A stretch of 63,905 nucleotides of DNA, counting the filler, from Choristocarpus tenellus KU-1152 (lineage: Eukaryota > Protista > Phaeophyceae), in assembly GCA_964200185.2 (NCBI GenBank). It is 12 parts of 12 records of this genome, joined end to end, with 100 filler letters (N's around TTAATTAATTAA, not from the genome) between each part and the next. Parts side by side here need not be neighbours in the genome. Positions count along the whole stretch, not along the records: positions 60,726 to 63,905 come from CAXNAD020021741.1; 11 more parts are not named here. One strand, written 5' to 3'. This document shows, one piece after another, positions 63,394 to 63,905 of this stretch (positions are counted from its first letter, which is position 1; each line of letters starts with the position of its first letter). The notes beneath the pieces are model-generated. The model did no database searches, was not told the DNA's origin, and saw only the letters and a list, made by a program, of their open reading frames with translations. A program made the position numbers and the translations under genes.

Positions 63394-63742
63394 TGTGGGA
63401 AGCACGTTTGTCTGTTGTTATACTGTTATTACCATATGTCATATACTGTTATACCGTTGTACCTATTGAGGTTCCTTGTCGAGCACCAATCCCACAGACT
63501 TGGGACAACTCGTCATTCAGAGTTGTTACACATGGAAGATCTACTTTGTTCTCACGTCTTGACTTGTGGTGATGAAGACCCATCTTTGAAGATGCTCATG
63601 ACTCCTCAATTTGTACTTGTCCAACCTTAACCTCATACCCTTAGTTACCGTTCGTCTTTGTTCGTCTGGTGTCTTGGCCGGTGACTCTCCTCGCCACCCT
63701 TGCCTGAGTGAACCACGCCGCCACAGAATCACACGGTTCACA
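63394..63742 (+). mobile_element. 3' LTR (349 bp) preceded by a polypurine tract
   Basis: AGAAGGGGGGGGA (63381-63393)|TGTGGG...TTCACA; a second copy of its 3' end lies at 29175-29246. Confidence 0.85.
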
Positions 63743-63863
63743 CTACTGTCTATGAACTGAAAATCATCATGACCCATTAAGTGATTATAGGTTGATTCGC
63801 TGCATAAATTTCGTGGGTTCGAACAATATCGACACTACACTTCTAGTAATGGAAATCTCATTT

Positions 63864-63905
63864 GGGTCAAAGTATCTGGAGGGGGGTGGCGGCTGTCCAT
63901 TTGGG
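63864..63905. mobile_element. MITE family B terminus at window end
   Basis: GGGTCAAAGTATCTGGAGGGGGGTGGCGGCTGTCCATTTGGG. Confidence 0.9.

Overview
Eukaryotic, intron-containing, transposon-rich DNA, most likely a brown alga or related stramenopile (inferred from an EsV-1-7-type Cys/His motif, an AP2 domain, (CCCTAA)n repeats and the exon structure). The window is not one locus. It is 12 short contigs joined by an artificial 100-bp linker (N44-TTAATTAATTAA-N44), so adjacency across linkers means nothing. The dominant feature is two related non-autonomous TIR (MITE) families: A (~260 bp, 8 copies) and B (~180 bp, 11 copies). They share the terminus GRGYCAAAGTATCT and a subterminal GTCCATTTGGG box, and several copies have 4-bp TSDs. 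They sit at 9 of 22 linker-adjacent contig ends and at both window ends. Other decayed TEs: a Ty3/gypsy chromovirus pol, Ty1/copia remnants, DD39D mariner and pogo transposase remnants, a non-LTR RT, LTRs and a probable hAT remnant. Host gene pieces: the last exon of citrate synthase, a multi-exon gene with a barrel-like N-terminus / split PHD-like motif / EsV-1-7 / AP2 / PHD architecture, a coiled-coil + C3HC4 RING gene, a K/R/E/S-rich gene, a JMJD5/JMJ30-like exon and a tRNA-His pseudogene. All assignments come from reading motifs by eye; no searches were run.
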